Below are positions 37,526-51,505 of a stretch of DNA of 64,000 nt, in pieces (within the stretch, counting starts at the first letter, position 1; every line of letters begins with the position of its first letter). The stretch is taken from the NCBI RefSeq assembly GCF_009834535.1, contig NC_045696.1:13952001-14016000 (forward strand). The letters are read 5' to 3'. Source of the stretch: Camelus ferus. Taxonomy: Eukaryota. The notes beneath the pieces are model-generated. The model was not told the DNA's origin. It searched no databases and worked only from the letters and a program-made list of their open reading frames with translations. A program made the translations under genes and the position numbers.

Positions 37526-38724
37526 GTGTTTTGGTATATTAAATTTCTAGTACTAGGCTTGCCACTTCTAAAGTTCTTAATATATTTAATGCTAACTAAT
37601 CTCATATCTTTTCTTCTCTGCTACTACATTTTTCTCCATATTAATTCTTTATAAGGTCAATGCTGTATAAAGTCACCATGGAGGCTTTAACACCTGTCAC
37701 TCAAAATAGAAACAGCAGTATCTACATTCTCAAGGGTACTGAATATTATTCACAATGACCAAGACAGAAGCAAACTAAATGTCCATCTACATATGAGTAA
37801 GGTAAGAAAACATGGTGTATTTATACAATGGTACTACCATAATACTGTTTGTCAGCTTTTCTTCTATTTGCTTCTATTTTCTTTGCACTTCTCATTTAAG
37901 ACTCAATTCTCTTCCTTAACAGACTCAAAGAAAAGATATGGAAGGAATGGGTTTTAAATTATGTCTTCATAATTCAATGACCCTCACTGATAAACACTCA
38001 GACTGAAACAACCAACTTTAAAATTTTATCAATTCATATAAAAACTACTCTCTCTTTTTTTTTTCTGTTTTGAGGTTAAAAGCTCAAAAACCTTTCAGCC
38101 ATATTCAAAACTGAATGTATTCTTCCTAAGATTGATTCAGATAAAGATTAGTACAAATTTCACTTTAATGGTCCTCACATACAGGAAGTTCAAAATCTAC
38201 ATATACATTTGTTTCAGTGCGAACACATAACTGATATTTACCCAGAAAAAAGAAGTTACTTTTGACATTTGTAGCTTCTGTCCAATCTGTCACAAAATGT
38301 TTTGGTTGATTCTGGGAATTCTTCTATTATTTCCCTTTCATTTAGAGATATGTCACACTGTAGGAAGAATTTAACAGGTTAGAAAGGAATTCTTTTTTTT
38401 TTTTTTTTTTTCTGTTTCAGTAAAGGAAATGTTTAATGGAAATGTTTACAGGGGAAAAAAATGGGAAATTTGGACAAAGCTGATAAAGTGACATAAACAA
38501 GATATGATGAAGAAAGAAACTGAATAAATAAAAGAAAGTTGGTGAGACCAAGGGCATTTTTGACGACTATTGCCTTGTAATGAAGGAAATAAAAACTTAA
38601 TAAGCTTTATGAAGGAGAGGGGCTTGCTTTCTTCCCCTTCCTCATCAAGAGATACATGATGAGGGTAGACTGTTTAGTGTGAAATTGCATGTTTAAATGG
38701 TGGATTCTTCCCAGCTCGATAGAG

Positions 38725-39172
38725 GTACCATTAACAGATAAACACTGTATATTCAAGGTGTACAATGTGATGCTTTGATAAGCATATACACTGTGAAATA
38801 ATTACTATAATTAAGTTAACTAACGTTCAATCATCTCACATAGTTAACTTCTTTTTTTGTGGTGAGAACACTTGAAATTTACTCTCTTGGCAAATTTCAA
38901 GTGTACAATACATTATTGTTAACCATAGTCATCATGCTATACATTAGGTGTCCAGAATGTATTCACCTTGTAACTGAAAGTTTATACCCTTTGACCAACA
39001 TCTCATTTCCCCCAGCCCCCAGCTCCCGATAAACTGTTCTGTCCTCTGTTACTAAAATTTTGACATTTTTAGATTCCCCATATAAGTAACATCAGGCAGC
39101 ATTTGTCTTTCTGTGTCTGGCATATTTCACTTAGCATAATGTCCTCCAGGTTCATCCACATTGTTGCAAATC
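38725..39172 (-). mobile_element. L1MA-like 3' UTR fragment
   Basis: aaggtgtacaatgtgatg...tgtggtgagaacacttgaaatttactctctt...tttcacttagcataatgtcctccaggttcatcca. Confidence 0.85.
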
Positions 39173-41879
39173 ACTCAGCCTTAAATGAATTTTTTTATTA
39201 TTAAATTCAAATTAATTGATCCCAGGTGATTAAATTTGAGACCAGCCAGACTAACTAATTGCTAAACACTCATCAAAAAGCATATGTTCACTTGCTTTAT
39301 TTTTAGCAATAAAAATCAATTCATGAAGGGAAAGAAAATGTCTTGAAAATAAAAATCAGTTAACCCAAGTTATTTCAAGTCATGAATTTAAATACTAGAT
39401 TCTTCGGTAAACACTAAGGAGCAGTTATCTTTTATGACTTTGTACTTTGGGTAAAGCTGGAAATAGATATATGGCTTGAATGTTGTACCATTGTCCTTAC
39501 AGATTTTATAGGCTACCTATTAAATAATCAGACAACTAATAGGGTCAAGGCATCAACATTTCATGAAATTAAGACAAAATTTTTAAAAATATACAAAAGC
39601 ACATATATCTGTAATAACATGTAGCAGTAATAAGAATTCTTAGCCATTTGTATCCTTTTAGCTTAAGACAAATATGGATATAATATATATATATATAAAT
39701 TGGCTTTATTTTCTAATAAAATTTTAGTTTGCAAAAAGAAACTCTGATCAGTAGTAACGGTGAAAAGAGGACCACAGACTGTTAAAATACCTTGATCATA
39801 AAATGGGTACAATGTCCTTGTTTTACAGATGTTGAGAGTGAAGTTGGGTGCATTACAGAAGTAATATACGATACACAAGCATGACCCAGAAATGATGTAT
39901 GATGCTTACACTAGGCCACTCTTTGGATAGCAAGTTAAAAAAAAATGAACTCCACAGATACAGTCACAACTGAAGTCACCATAGACTATTTATTGGTGTT
40001 TCTGAAAGGAAAGAAGAGCCATGTTTCTCTTAAGAGTTAAAAATTATTATATCAGCTACGTCATTTAAATTGGCTTTAAAAACACTTGTGTCTACCCAGT
40101 CATTATAATTAGGTGTCTAGAGGAACAACATATATTATTACTGAAAATAAAAAATCATTTTTTATTTAGAAGGCCCAATTAACACCAAAGAAGCATGATA
40201 CTCATAAATCATTACCTTTTTTAATAATAATAACAACTAGATTCAAATTGAAAATATAAGAAATGTATGCCTTACAGAGTCATTGTGAAAGATATAAACT
40301 AAACGTTCAGATCAAGACAGAGCAGATGTTAAAAAGTTATTGTACAAGTGCAGCCACAAAGTTAGATGAGCTAGCTGTAGGTAAAACTTTCTAAACTAAA
40401 GAATTAGAACAATCAGTGGGTCAAATATATTGTATATGATGCCATGGTCTTGATGTTCTTTGCTATTAAATCTATGTTGAGATTAGGTGGCCATTCCTTA
40501 TGTCTTTTGTCATAAATATAGATTTTATTCTTAGCCAGAGACTGAATGCATCAAAAATATTAGACAAAAATCAAAATAAATAACTGAAAGTTGCTCTACA
40601 TGTTACAAAATTGACTTTGTTCATTTGCTTGGATTGGCTTGTATTCATTGCTATAGACTTAATTTTTCACTAACATTCTACACTAATCTTGACATTAGAT
40701 ACATATTTGCTTTTTTTGGTTTTGAATATTATGGGGTTTCTATGTTTTCTACCACTCAGAATTTAAGAAAAGAAACAAATAAATAGAAGACTGTCCCTAA
40801 AAACCAAATGCCCTCATTATCATGAGCATAACTTAATACAACACTCATGAGAAATAATCTACCAAAAGAATGATGCCCTTTGAATACCATTATCACACCT
40901 CAGCTCAGGCATGAGTACCTCATGAGTTATTTCTTTTGTCCCATGGAAACATGATTTCCAGAGGTGGAAATCAAGCAGCTTGGAGGGTTTTAATATGATT
41001 TGTAAGGCATCAAAGTTGAGATTTAGTCTACAACAATTAAGCACTAAGCAGTTGCTGAAATTGGGAAAAAATGTCTTGCTTTAAAGATTCTGGTGTACAA
41101 ATGACTGGAATGTTTCCCAGTGATGGGACAAAGATGGTATTAACTCAGTGAGTGCAGAATGTTAGCATCTTGTTGATGGGTGTTGAATTGATTACTGAGA
41201 ACATTTACTTTTCATGACCAGACAGAAGCCAGAATATTTCACTCTATTTTCCAAAGTCCTTGTCTCCATAGCCAAAATGAGAATAATGGCTTAAACCACG
41301 GAGGTCACAATATCCATCACAAAGCTTCTGTGGAAGCCCAGATTGCCAATAACCACAGATTACTCTCTATTACAGGAATGAATTCAGATGGGCAGTAAAA
41401 GTTGAGTTACTTGAGCTTAGATGTTACTCTCTACACAGTGACTTTACAAATTCTCAGAAGTGAGGCTGATAAAACCTGTAGTCTTTGTATTTCAAATGGC
41501 ATCTAAGCCCTCTAAACCCTTTAATATTCCCTTGATTCCAGCAAAAAAGGGACTCCTACAGGTAAACATATTTTAATTTAGTATTCCTTTAATCAACTTT
41601 GTGCCTATTAGAGGTAATTTTTCCCTCCTTAAAGGCTTGGCTTTTTTCTGACCCTGGTTAAGATGCCCATAAACTCATTCCATGGCATGAGGTAATATCC
41701 CAACTGTATTTCAAAAGGTTGTTTTGGTTCACTAATTATATATGACTGCTTCTGACATCCTCTGTAAGAAGGATATTTTATGTAAAATTCATGTCCATCA
41801 TTATTCAAAACCAGCCTCTATTAAATGGTTAAAACCATTTCAACTGAGTCCCTGGAACAGACACATCTCTCAACTTGGT

Positions 41880-42100
41880 AATAATAATGGTAAAGATAGT
41901 AAGAGTCTATTCATACTTATTATGTGTCAGAAACTTTAGATACATCAATTCATTTAATTCAGTCATCCTGTGACAGATACTATTATAACCCCCATGTCAC
42001 AGGTCGCTTAGAGAGCTTGATAATAACACGCCCAAAGGCATCACAGTTATTAAGTGCACAAGTTGGATTTGAACTTGAGTAAGAGACTCAAGAGCCCATC
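41880..42100 (-). mobile_element. MIR SINE
   Basis: tcatttaattc...atcctgtgacagatactattataacccccat...acagg...aataacacgcccaaag...ggatttgaac. Confidence 0.6.
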
Positions 42101-42674
42101 TGTTTTTCACTTGTCTGAACTGCTGACTTGGAGAGCCTGCCAGATGGGGAATAAGATAGGTGCTCCTTGATGGTGTGTCTACAACACACTCAACAAATAA
42201 AAGCTTAGGGCATAATTTTTGTAGAGGTGATTGATCTTTGGTGACTCCTCATTCATTTCCTTTTGGTGGCTATACCTCACCCATGTCACATCTGTTCTTA
42301 GGATCTCCGTCATCATATGCTGTCTCCTGGGTTCCAAGTCTGTCACTGTGTCACTTCACATGAGTCTGCCCTCTTGACACTATTATCTCTTGCTCCAGAT
42401 TTGTCCCTTCATTTTCTTCTTCTCTTTCCTTTACCTCCCAACATTTTTGTGTCCAGGGCACCAGGGGCAGATGCAGAGGAATGTACTCTCTGTCCTCCTT
42501 GTAATCCCTGAGAGATAAGTTTACAGTTTAACCATGTTCGTATGTCATAACCCTAAGTGCTAAGTGGTGATTTAATTGGATGTAGGGGCATTTTCATCAC
42601 CTATAGAAAACTGGAGGGATTGTTCAAGAGGTGCATCATCAAGGTCTCCAGATAAACTGAAGCAATAGAATATA

Positions 42675-42930
42675 CAGACTGTGTGTTTATTTTAAGGAAT
42701 TGATTCACATGATTGTGGGGGCTGGTAAATTCAGGAAAGGAAAGAAAGGCTGGCAGGCTGGAAATGCAGGCAGGAGTTGATACTGCAGTCTTGAAGAATT
42801 TCTTCCTTGAGAAACCTCAGTTTTTGCTTCTAAGACTTCCAATTGATTGGTTTAGATCCACCCACATTATGGGGGTAATCTCCTTTACTGAAAGCAAACT
42901 AATTGTGAATATTAACCACATTTCCAAAAT
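42675..42930 (+). mobile_element. MLT2-like LTR fragment
   Basis: ttttaaggaattgattcacatgattgtgggggctggtaaat...aggctggcaggctggaaat...cccacccacattat. Confidence 0.75.
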
Positions 42931-42981
42931 ACTGGTACAATGTAGTGTAAACCCTTAACAGTTGTTTTGTCTTTTTATTTT

Positions 42982-43475
42982 TGTAAGGCAAGGACCTGAC
43001 TTAGGCTTTGATTGCCCAGGCATCCACTTTGAAGAGACATCCACTTCAGAGAGGCTAGCTCCAACAAACACACTGACAACCACATGACTAGGTAGGAGCC
43101 GAGCCACATTTGTTTCAGAGGTCTTTGTTGATTTCAATGATTGACCATTTGGACTGCTTGCTTTTATCTCTTCTTGCACTTTAAATTTTCACTCTTGTGT
43201 ATTAACTTCACCAATAAAGAGTGAGACCATGAAACCCTTAGGGCCTCACCCTTGATCCCAATAAAAGCAGAATTAGAGACCTGTGCACCCCTAACCCTAA
43301 TCTTAACTTCCTGTGTGACCCCAGGTGTTCTATGTAATTTCCAGGTCCTGTAAGTAATAAACTTTGTTTTTGTTTCCCTCCCCACCCCAAGTTTCTTAAT
43401 AGTTATTGCTGACAGTGTCTCATAATCATAAGAACCTCAAGAGCCAAACCAACCACAATATTGGTAAACTGTGAC
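42982..43475 (+). mobile_element. Probable ERV solo LTR
   Basis: tgtaagg start, caataaaagcag, ttcctgtgtgaccccaggtg, gtaagtaataaactttg, tgaca end; family unassigned. Confidence 0.55.
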
Positions 43476-44399
43476 AGTAATGCAAAAAGTGATGTAGAAA
43501 CAAGACTATCACTGTAGCAGTCTCTTTGCAATTCTAGCCATCTTTACATCCCTGGATCCTGTACAACTTGTTAAACTAATCCTCCAGCTTATCAACACGT
43601 TCCTTGAGCTATTCATATTCTCAATAAATTAATTTTCTTCAAGTGATTTCCATCTCTTCCAAGTAAGAATCATATCAGATATATCCTATTTCTACTTACA
43701 TTCTTTAGTTTCAAAAGAAAAGTACACAATGAAGACAGTAGTAATGACTTGGTAACCTTTTCTTTAACTACTTCCTTACTTATTAAATAGTGCTGTCCTA
43801 CGATCTCTGAGCAGAATCTTGGAGTAGACTGGTAGACAGAAGAAGGAGATGGGCGGAGAGGACTTGGGTTTGGGGTTCTTCCTACTGTTGGAATGACAGT
43901 TCTAATAATCTATTCTACTTGCTTTGTGCATTACCATCTACCTCGAAAGCAATGCAGTGTTTTATGTGGTCTGCTTAAATCTTTTTAGCAAATTATTTCA
44001 CTTATCATTTTAACATAAAAATATAGCATAAAACAAATTCAACTTATAATAAGATCATATCAAGTTTAAGAACCATCTAGTATCACAGTGGTGAGTGAAA
44101 AAAGAAAGACACTTCACTGTGTGAGTATGTAATCAGTTTCAGTGTAGTTGGATTCAAGTTGAGAGAATCTAGAGTTCAATGAAGGAGCTCATTATTGAGT
44201 AGGGGAGAAAATAAAGCACCTGAAAAGAATATAGTTGAGGACAGAGTTTTTTTTTTTTTTTTTTTTCTGAACCATGATGCAAGAATCGCTTTTATATTCT
44301 AGGCCTTACAGGATGAGGAAGTGATTCTATTGAATGAAATAGAGAAAAAAAGTATTATATGGAGATGAAAATATTAAGATGATGATAATAATAATAACA

Positions 44400-44655
44400 A
44401 TCATCATCATCATCAGTGATAGCTAAAGTCTATTGTTTACTCTGAGTCCAACCATTCTTTTGTGCTTTGCAGACATTAGCTCATTTAATCTTCACAACTC
44501 TGCAAGGAAAACAATGAAATCATCTTCAATTTGCAGACAATAAAAACGAAACTTGACGAGGTAAAAGTAATTGCCCCAAAGTCATAGAGTTAATCAACAC
44601 TGATACTGATACTGTATCACAAGCAGTGTGATTTCAAACTCTGGGTTTCTAACCA
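44400..44655 (-). mobile_element. MIR SINE
   Basis: cattagctcatttaatcttcacaactctgcaagg...catcttcaatttgcaga...aaacgaaact...aattgccccaaagtcatagagttaat. Confidence 0.65.
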
Positions 44656-45091
44656 ATGAGATGGATGTAAAGGCGAATGACATCTTAAGATGTGAGTGGA
44701 GTAAAAGTTGAGGTAGGAAGATCTTAATTTGAGAACATTGTGATGAAGAGATGAAAGAAGTCAAATAAGGAAGAATTAGATGAAGAAGGAGGAAGAAGAT
44801 GGTGTTTCTTTGAGAAAGATTTAAATGGCAGGATCAAAGATAAATCAGTGAACGAGGAGAGGAGAGAAACTGACCACTATTTTCATGATTGATTTTCCAA
44901 TCTTGGAGTGTTAGGTGGATGGAAATACCAGAATAAAGAGTCTGGAAGCCAAAAACGTACATGTGTGACAAGAATAAACCATTACTTGGAACATGTCGAG
45001 ATTCAGTTGCTTATATTGACATACATTTAGAAACATTCTTTGAGCAGAAAAAAATATCAGAAGAAAGGCCAGATTAAGAGATATACCATAT

Positions 45092-45262
45092 TGTGTAAAT
45101 AAAAATACAGAGTGCCAATTAAATTTGAATTTCAGATAAATGACTTCTATGACAAGTAGGTCCCATGTGATATTTTGCACATTTCTACTTTAAAAATGTA
45201 TTTTTTTGTTTATCTGAAATTCAAATTTCACAGGTTGTCCTGTATTTTATGTAGGATCCCTA
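45092..45262. mobile_element. MER53-like palindromic MITE
   Basis: aaataaaaatacag...aaatttgaatttcagataaa / tttatctgaaattcaaattt...ctgtattttat long inverted arms. Confidence 0.85.
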
Positions 45263-46309
45263 CAAGTTAGAGATATAAATTGAGAGTCCTCAGCTTGCAG
45301 AGAAGAGACCATTGTTTGCTTTGAGTAGATGACATTACCTAAGAAAAATAATTTCTCAAAGGCAAGGGTAGATGGCAGGGCCCAAGACAGAATGCAAAGC
45401 TTTGCCCCTTCCCTTATCTACTCTCTTTGCCCCATGACTTGGTAGTATTCTCCCAGTTCACCCCTGGTTCAGCTGTATAACATACTTGGACCAATAAAAC
45501 GAGACAGAATTCATGATGTGTCAGTTCTGGGTATGGGTATCCAATATCCTTGCAGGTATCTATTTTGATCCCATAACCCTGCTCTTTGCATGAAAACACA
45601 TTTGATCTAGCCCATTGGCGGATGAGAGATGTGGGTACATGGTGCAGAACCACGTACCCACTTATCCACACCAGCTGCCAGTTATGTTAGTGAATCCAGC
45701 AAGGCCATCTCACTTCCTCCAGCTCTCAGATGGATGAGCATTAAACTTACTGTTGTATTCCATTGAGGTTGGTGGTCATTATGCAGCAATGTGGTGATAG
45801 CACGCAGGTAACATTCTTATAACCAGCCATCTTTATTACATGTACACAAACATGCTGAGGTTGAAAACCCTTTACTTTTAATTTATCATTCATTATTATT
45901 ATCTCACAACTCACCATTGCATGGTTTGGAATAAGTAATTTAAACACTCCAAACTACAATTTCCTCACTTATTCCACTGGAATAACAATACCAGTCTTTT
46001 AAATTCTGAAGTTTAGGGATGATAATGACAAGCAAGTAAGTACGCCATAAATATGTTATTATTATTATCAGTTATATTGATGTTGGCTTATAACTATGCC
46101 TCTGTACCAAGCAGATCAGCTAGCATGTTGTAAATGGTTAATAAATATCTATGACAAAGATGAATGAAGCATGATGTTTAAAATAAAAATAAATGTTTGG
46201 TGTTTTTTTCATTTTCTTCAGTAGAATCTTATTATTACAATAAAGGACTTCTAATTTAATGAAAATGTGATGTGAAAATAATTAATAGATTAGTGCTAGC
46301 AAAGATTTA

Positions 46310-46700
46310 TTCAGTACTTATTTTATGAAATTCTTTAAATGGATCAGACACTGCTCTAGACACTGAGGATTCAACAGTAAGTAAACCAAATTAAGTCCCT
46401 GCCCATATGGCATTTACCTTCCCTGGGGAAGGCACATAACATGTGAATAAACAAGCAAATATATAACACCCCTTGGTGATAAGTACTATGAGGAAAAAGT
46501 TACATAAGGGACTAGAGGCCAGTAAGGTAGTCAGGAAGGGGAATTTGTACTTGATGCCTTGGGTGCCTTGTGGAATAAGAGAAGGCATCTCACTAGATGT
46601 GATAATTAGGTTAATATTTGAAGATGAGCAGGAGCTCATTATGAAAAGTGAAGACCATACCATCGGAGATGAGGAGGGAGCTAGGATAAGGGCAAATATT
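46310..46700. mobile_element. L2 3' fragment
   Basis: cagacactgctctagacactgaggattcaacagtaa...gtccctgccc...gtgataagtactatgagg...gaaggcatctc. Confidence 0.6.
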
Positions 46701-48786
46701 TGAGAAGATTATGAATTATTTTGGTAATTACACATATCAATTCAGTCAATGTTTATGGAGCTTCATGGCCTGGGGACCAACTTCATGGTCCATGCTCTTT
46801 GGCAAATTGATTTTTAACTGAATAATCTTCACTTTCTTTCCATATCAGCACATTGACAGCAGCATCATTTTCTTTATAACAGCAGCATAACGTGCCATCC
46901 CAAGACACATAAGGAACCACTTTAAACAAAGGGATTTTAACAGAGGGACCAAAGGATGAGAGGAAGCTTTGAGTCCTAGAAACCAGCTACGAAGAGATGA
47001 GAGTGTATAGCCATAGCACAAGTGGCAAATGATGGCTATGGAGTTTAGAAAATGGGAAAAATGAAATACCTGTATTAAGTAGGCAACACAGTTAATTGGA
47101 GACAGAGATGAGGGATAGGACATGGAAAGCCTCTGCAGAGTCTGAACTGAGTGGCTGTAAGGATCATGGGACCATTACCAACCACCTGGGCAATAGAATC
47201 CACATGGTTTCTGTAGTCCATAGCGAGGTGCTTGGCAGAAACAAAACCAAATCTATAGCAGTGTTAAGCCTCAGAATCTCCAAGTTCATAGAGACAGATT
47301 TGTAGCTTCACCTTAGTCTTAACACATTTGAAGACCAGCCATTACATGTACTGAATATATATATTTTTAAATGTTTTATACAGACTTGGCAAATTGATCA
47401 GGTATACTGAATTTTTATTCTATACACACATACCATAAAATATTTACCAAACTGCACTTACATATTAATAGAGTGCTTTCCATTGATTAAAGAGTTTTTA
47501 TATTGATTTTTATCATTAGATTCCTTGTGACCAATTTGAGCTGTGATGAGATGTGGCTATGATTATTATGTCTCTAAAACCCTTTTCAGAGGAAGCAAGA
47601 AATTTTCCTTTTTTAACTGATGTTTCAAGAAAGTATTTTCCCTCCAATTCTGTCTTTTAACATTAATCTTGGATCCTAAATTATGCAGTCTCTAATCACT
47701 AGCATATCACGGATAAAACAAACACTATTAGGCTTCTTCAAAATTAGGACCTTATTTTTAATCAAGAGATTTCTCCCCTACTTACATTCAGGAGAAATAT
47801 ATGTCCCAACATATTATTGATATAATAGATATAAACAAAATTCTCTCAACAGAACTATTTAGTGACTGCAATTTTAAAATGTTCCATGTTCCTGGCTTCC
47901 AATTCTGTAACAATCTAACCAAGGACATAAATGTCATTTTTGCAATATGCCTCTAAAAGCCATGACATTCAGAAGAATCACTAATTATGTTTGGGCACAA
48001 ATCCAATTTAATAGCATCTAGACAGTTCAGATCAAAAATCAGAAACACTTTCAAATAAAGCCAACATTTAAACCTAATATACATGGTATACAAGGTCATA
48101 CTTCGTAAAGGTACTGTTTGTCTGGAGAAAATTAAGTTGAGCAATCACATACTATGTATTCTCTAAAAGGCCCACATTTTAAATGTTTTTCAGGAAAAGA
48201 TTTTTATATACTTACACCCCTTATAGAGTATGAGCAAATCAGTTTACATACTGTTAAACTTGTACAATGGAAAAAGAAAAATCAAAGGTATAAATTATAT
48301 ATGATAGCAACTATGATAATCATTATTATTAATCTACAAGGATCATTCCACTGCACTTTTTGGTTAAAGGTTAAAATAATTATCTGAAGAATTCTTTTAT
48401 TTTATCCCAGGAAGTTAGAACACACTAAGCTTTAAGTATGAATGTAGTAAATTTGTGTCTCACTAGCAAGTTTAAATGTATGCAAAGGGGATCTGCTGGA
48501 GACTCTTTGAATTGATGCCTTCCAGTTAATAGCAGTTGGACATGTGTTCACTCTGTCTCCTGTCATTCCCATGAAAACATGTAAAGCATGTTCTGTGTAA
48601 GTCACTGAGCCCTTAATCGGTGAATTCTTCTCTTTCAATTTTTTTTGTTCAGTTTTATGATTTGAAATCTAAACTAGTGTAGGTGAAAAAAGGGAACAGT
48701 TTTTCAGTGGGAAATTGTTCATACAGTAATGTTCTTCCTTTAGATTTACAGGAAGATAAAAATAATTTCTCAAGAGATAAGTAATA

Positions 48787-49642
48787 CTGGGTTGTTTGTT
48801 TTTTTCTTATTATGTCGTATGAGCTGCTTATATATTCTGGAGATCAAGCCTTTGTTGGTTTCATCATTTGCAAAAATTTTCTCCCATTCTGTAGGTTGTC
48901 ATTTTGTTTTACTTACGGTTTCCTTTACTGTGCAGAAGCTTGTAAGTTTAATTAGGTCCCATTTGTTTATTCTTGCTTTTATTGCTTGGGTAGACTACCC
49001 TAGGAGAACATTTTTGAGATATATGTCAGATAATGTTTTGCCTATATTTTCTTCTAGGAGGGTTATTGTATCTTGTCTTATGTTTAAGTCTTTGATCCAT
49101 TTTGAGTTTATTTCTGTGTACAGTATAAGGGAGTGTTCTAGCTTCATTGATTTACATGCTGCTGTCCAGTTTTCCCAACTCCATTTGCTGAAGAGACTGT
49201 CTTTATTCCATTGTATATTCTTGCCTCCTTTGTCGAAGATTATTTGACCAAAAGTTTTTGGGTTCATTTCTGGGCTCTCTCTTTTGTTCCATTGGTCTAT
49301 ATGTCTGTTTTTGTACCAATACCATGCTGTCTAGATTACTGTAGCTCTATAGTATTGTGGCCAAGAGGGCGGGGGTTCGGAAGGGACAGACTGGGATTTC
49401 AAAATTTGTAGATATTGACAGGCATATGTAGAATAGATAAAGAAGATTATACTGTACAGCACAGAGAAATATATACAAGACCTTGTGGTAGCTCACAGTG
49501 AAAAAAATGTGACAATGAATATATGTATGTTCATGTATAACTGAAAAATTGTGCTCTACACTGGAATTTGACACATTATAAAATGACTATAACTCAATAA
49601 AAATGTTTAAAAAAATAAAGATTCAACATTCTCATAAAAAAA
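48787..49642 (+). mobile_element. Young 5'-inverted (twin-primed) L1 insertion with TSD
   Basis: 48787-~49357 is ORF2 on the minus strand ([28 protein letters not shown]); ~49358-49615 is the 3' UTR on the plus strand; TSD aagagataagta(a/g)ta at 48772-48786 and 49643-49657. Confidence 0.93.
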
Positions 49643-50329
49643 AAGAGATAAGTAGTAGGGGTCCAAGGATGAATTTAAGTGGACTCGGACATGTCCGGTC
49701 TTGCCAGACAAACTGGTGAAACAGGCTACTCTGGCCACTTTAAAAGTTGACTAAGAAACCTTCTAGAGAGTCAATCTGTGTTTTTTTGTTCCAAGTGGTG
49801 AACAAAAATATAAGCCAAAAAGAAAGTCCCTTTTGTGAAACTAAGAAATTCTCTGGGAGAGACTAAATCTTGCAGGAAGAAGGAACCAACCAAGTTCCTT
49901 GACCTTGGCTGAGTAGTGGAGCCAGAGGTGATAGCCATGAGAGACTCATTAGTAAAGCATCCTTTGTGTTACTAAGGTTTGACTTGTACAATCATCCATT
50001 CATGAGAAGATGTATAGAATATTAAGAGCCCTCTCATAGGGTGCAAAAGAAATCAGAAAAGATCCCACACCCCTATTTTCCACAGAACACGGTACCACCG
50101 GGTTCCAGTGCATCATGACAGTGCTAGCTGGATTAACCTTGTAAGGGGCAGTGGCCTTCAGGAGACACCAACTACAGAAATGTAGCTGCTGCTCAGGAAA
50201 TGAGTGATACGTCCCAGTCTCCTCCCCTGCTCCAGGACAAGGGATGGAAAAAAGCAAACCCATACCTGGCCAGTGGTACCAAGAATATCTTCTTGGTGAG
50301 GGAAAGGATGAGTAGGAGTAGAATGGGAG

Positions 50330-50636
50330 ATATTTAGGACAGTGAAAATACTTTGCATGATATTATAATGATGGACGTATGCCATTGTACATTTGTCCAA
50401 AGACATGCAATGTACAGCACCAAGAATGAACTATAAGGTAAATTTTAGACTTCGAGAGATTATACATCAATGTAGGTTCATCGGTTGTGATCAATATATC
50501 ACTCTGGTGGGGGATGTTGATAGTGGGGGAGGCTCTGCCTGTGTGAGAGCAGAGAGCATGTGGGGAATCTCAGTACCTTCCTTTCAATTTCGCTCTGAAT
50601 CTAAACATGCTCTTAAAAAAATAAAGGCTTAAAAAG
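50330..50636 (+). mobile_element. L1MC-like 3' UTR fragment
   Basis: cagtgaaaatact...atggacgtatgccattgtacatttgtccaaa...ctctggtgggggatgttgatagtgggggaggct. Confidence 0.8.
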
Positions 50637-51283
50637 AGAAGATATTCAGTTATCAGCAATGCTACACAGAAGAAAGCACTTGAATGTAAATATGAGAACA
50701 ACGCAATCCTTAATAATTCTAGAAACACTTACAGGACATCTAGGGGGGCTGATATGCTAAGTGAGTAGACAAGGACAAGTTATTTTTATATAGTGTTAAC
50801 TTGGCACCCTGTGTGTTCTCAAGCTTATATAATGTGGCAAAATAGAAGTATTGCATCATACTATATCATGCAACCACGGCCCTCAACTGATTCATAAGTA
50901 AGTTTTCTATATTAGTTTCAGAAGATGTTAAAGTAATAAAGAACAAAAATATTTATATTTTGATTAATCAATTTATTAGAAAAAAAAGTGAAAATACAAG
51001 TTTTCTTTATAGTCTTGCTAGAAAGGCAACATCATGGTAGTGGTGGTAAGAAAAGTAAACCAAAATGAGGATATTAAACTAGAATGGTCATACATGTTGC
51101 CTACATATTTCCATGGTAAGTTTAGAGGTGAAAAAATGCCAAATACTCACAGGGGCAGTTTAAATTTTCATAGATGTTATCAATTGGTTGGGGAGAAAAT
51201 AGGATGGATGTTTCGAGGATAAAAGCACAAGATAAAGCCAAACAAATTCAGAGATTTTTCCGAGTCCAATTTCAGCATTTTTT

Positions 51284-51505
51284 TTAGAGGAAGCTAGAGA
51301 ACCTATATCCTCCATAGAATGAGGGGCGGCGACAGCAGCCGTGTCTGAAGCTTCCACTGCCAGAGCCATATCCGTAGCCGCTGAAGCCAAAGCCATGGCC
51401 CAGTCCGTGGAAGCTGCCACATCCAAAGCCGGGTCCAAAGCCCAGGCCACCAAACCCTCCGTAGCCGAAGCGCAGGCCTCTGTAGTAGCTGCTGTGGTGG
51501 CTCAT
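51284..51505 (-). CDS. KRTAP19-like high-glycine/aromatic keratin-associated protein, 73 aa
   Basis: [32 protein letters not shown]...[18 protein letters not shown]. Likely start is the CACCATG at 51505, downstream of TATA 51582-51588, not the ORF-track start at 51613. AATAAA at 50972-50977 (minus). Confidence 0.9.
   Translation of the reverse strand: MSHHSSYYRGLRFGYGGFGGLGFGPGFGCGSFHGLGHGFGFSGYGYGSGSGSFRHGCCRRPSFYGGYRFSSFL

Noticed and set aside
18400..50900. Additional KRTAP genes or pseudogenes in the ~33-kb gap
   Set aside because: I saw no Cys-rich or Gly-Tyr codon runs with a TATA/CACCATG context. Highly decayed copies could be missed by eye.
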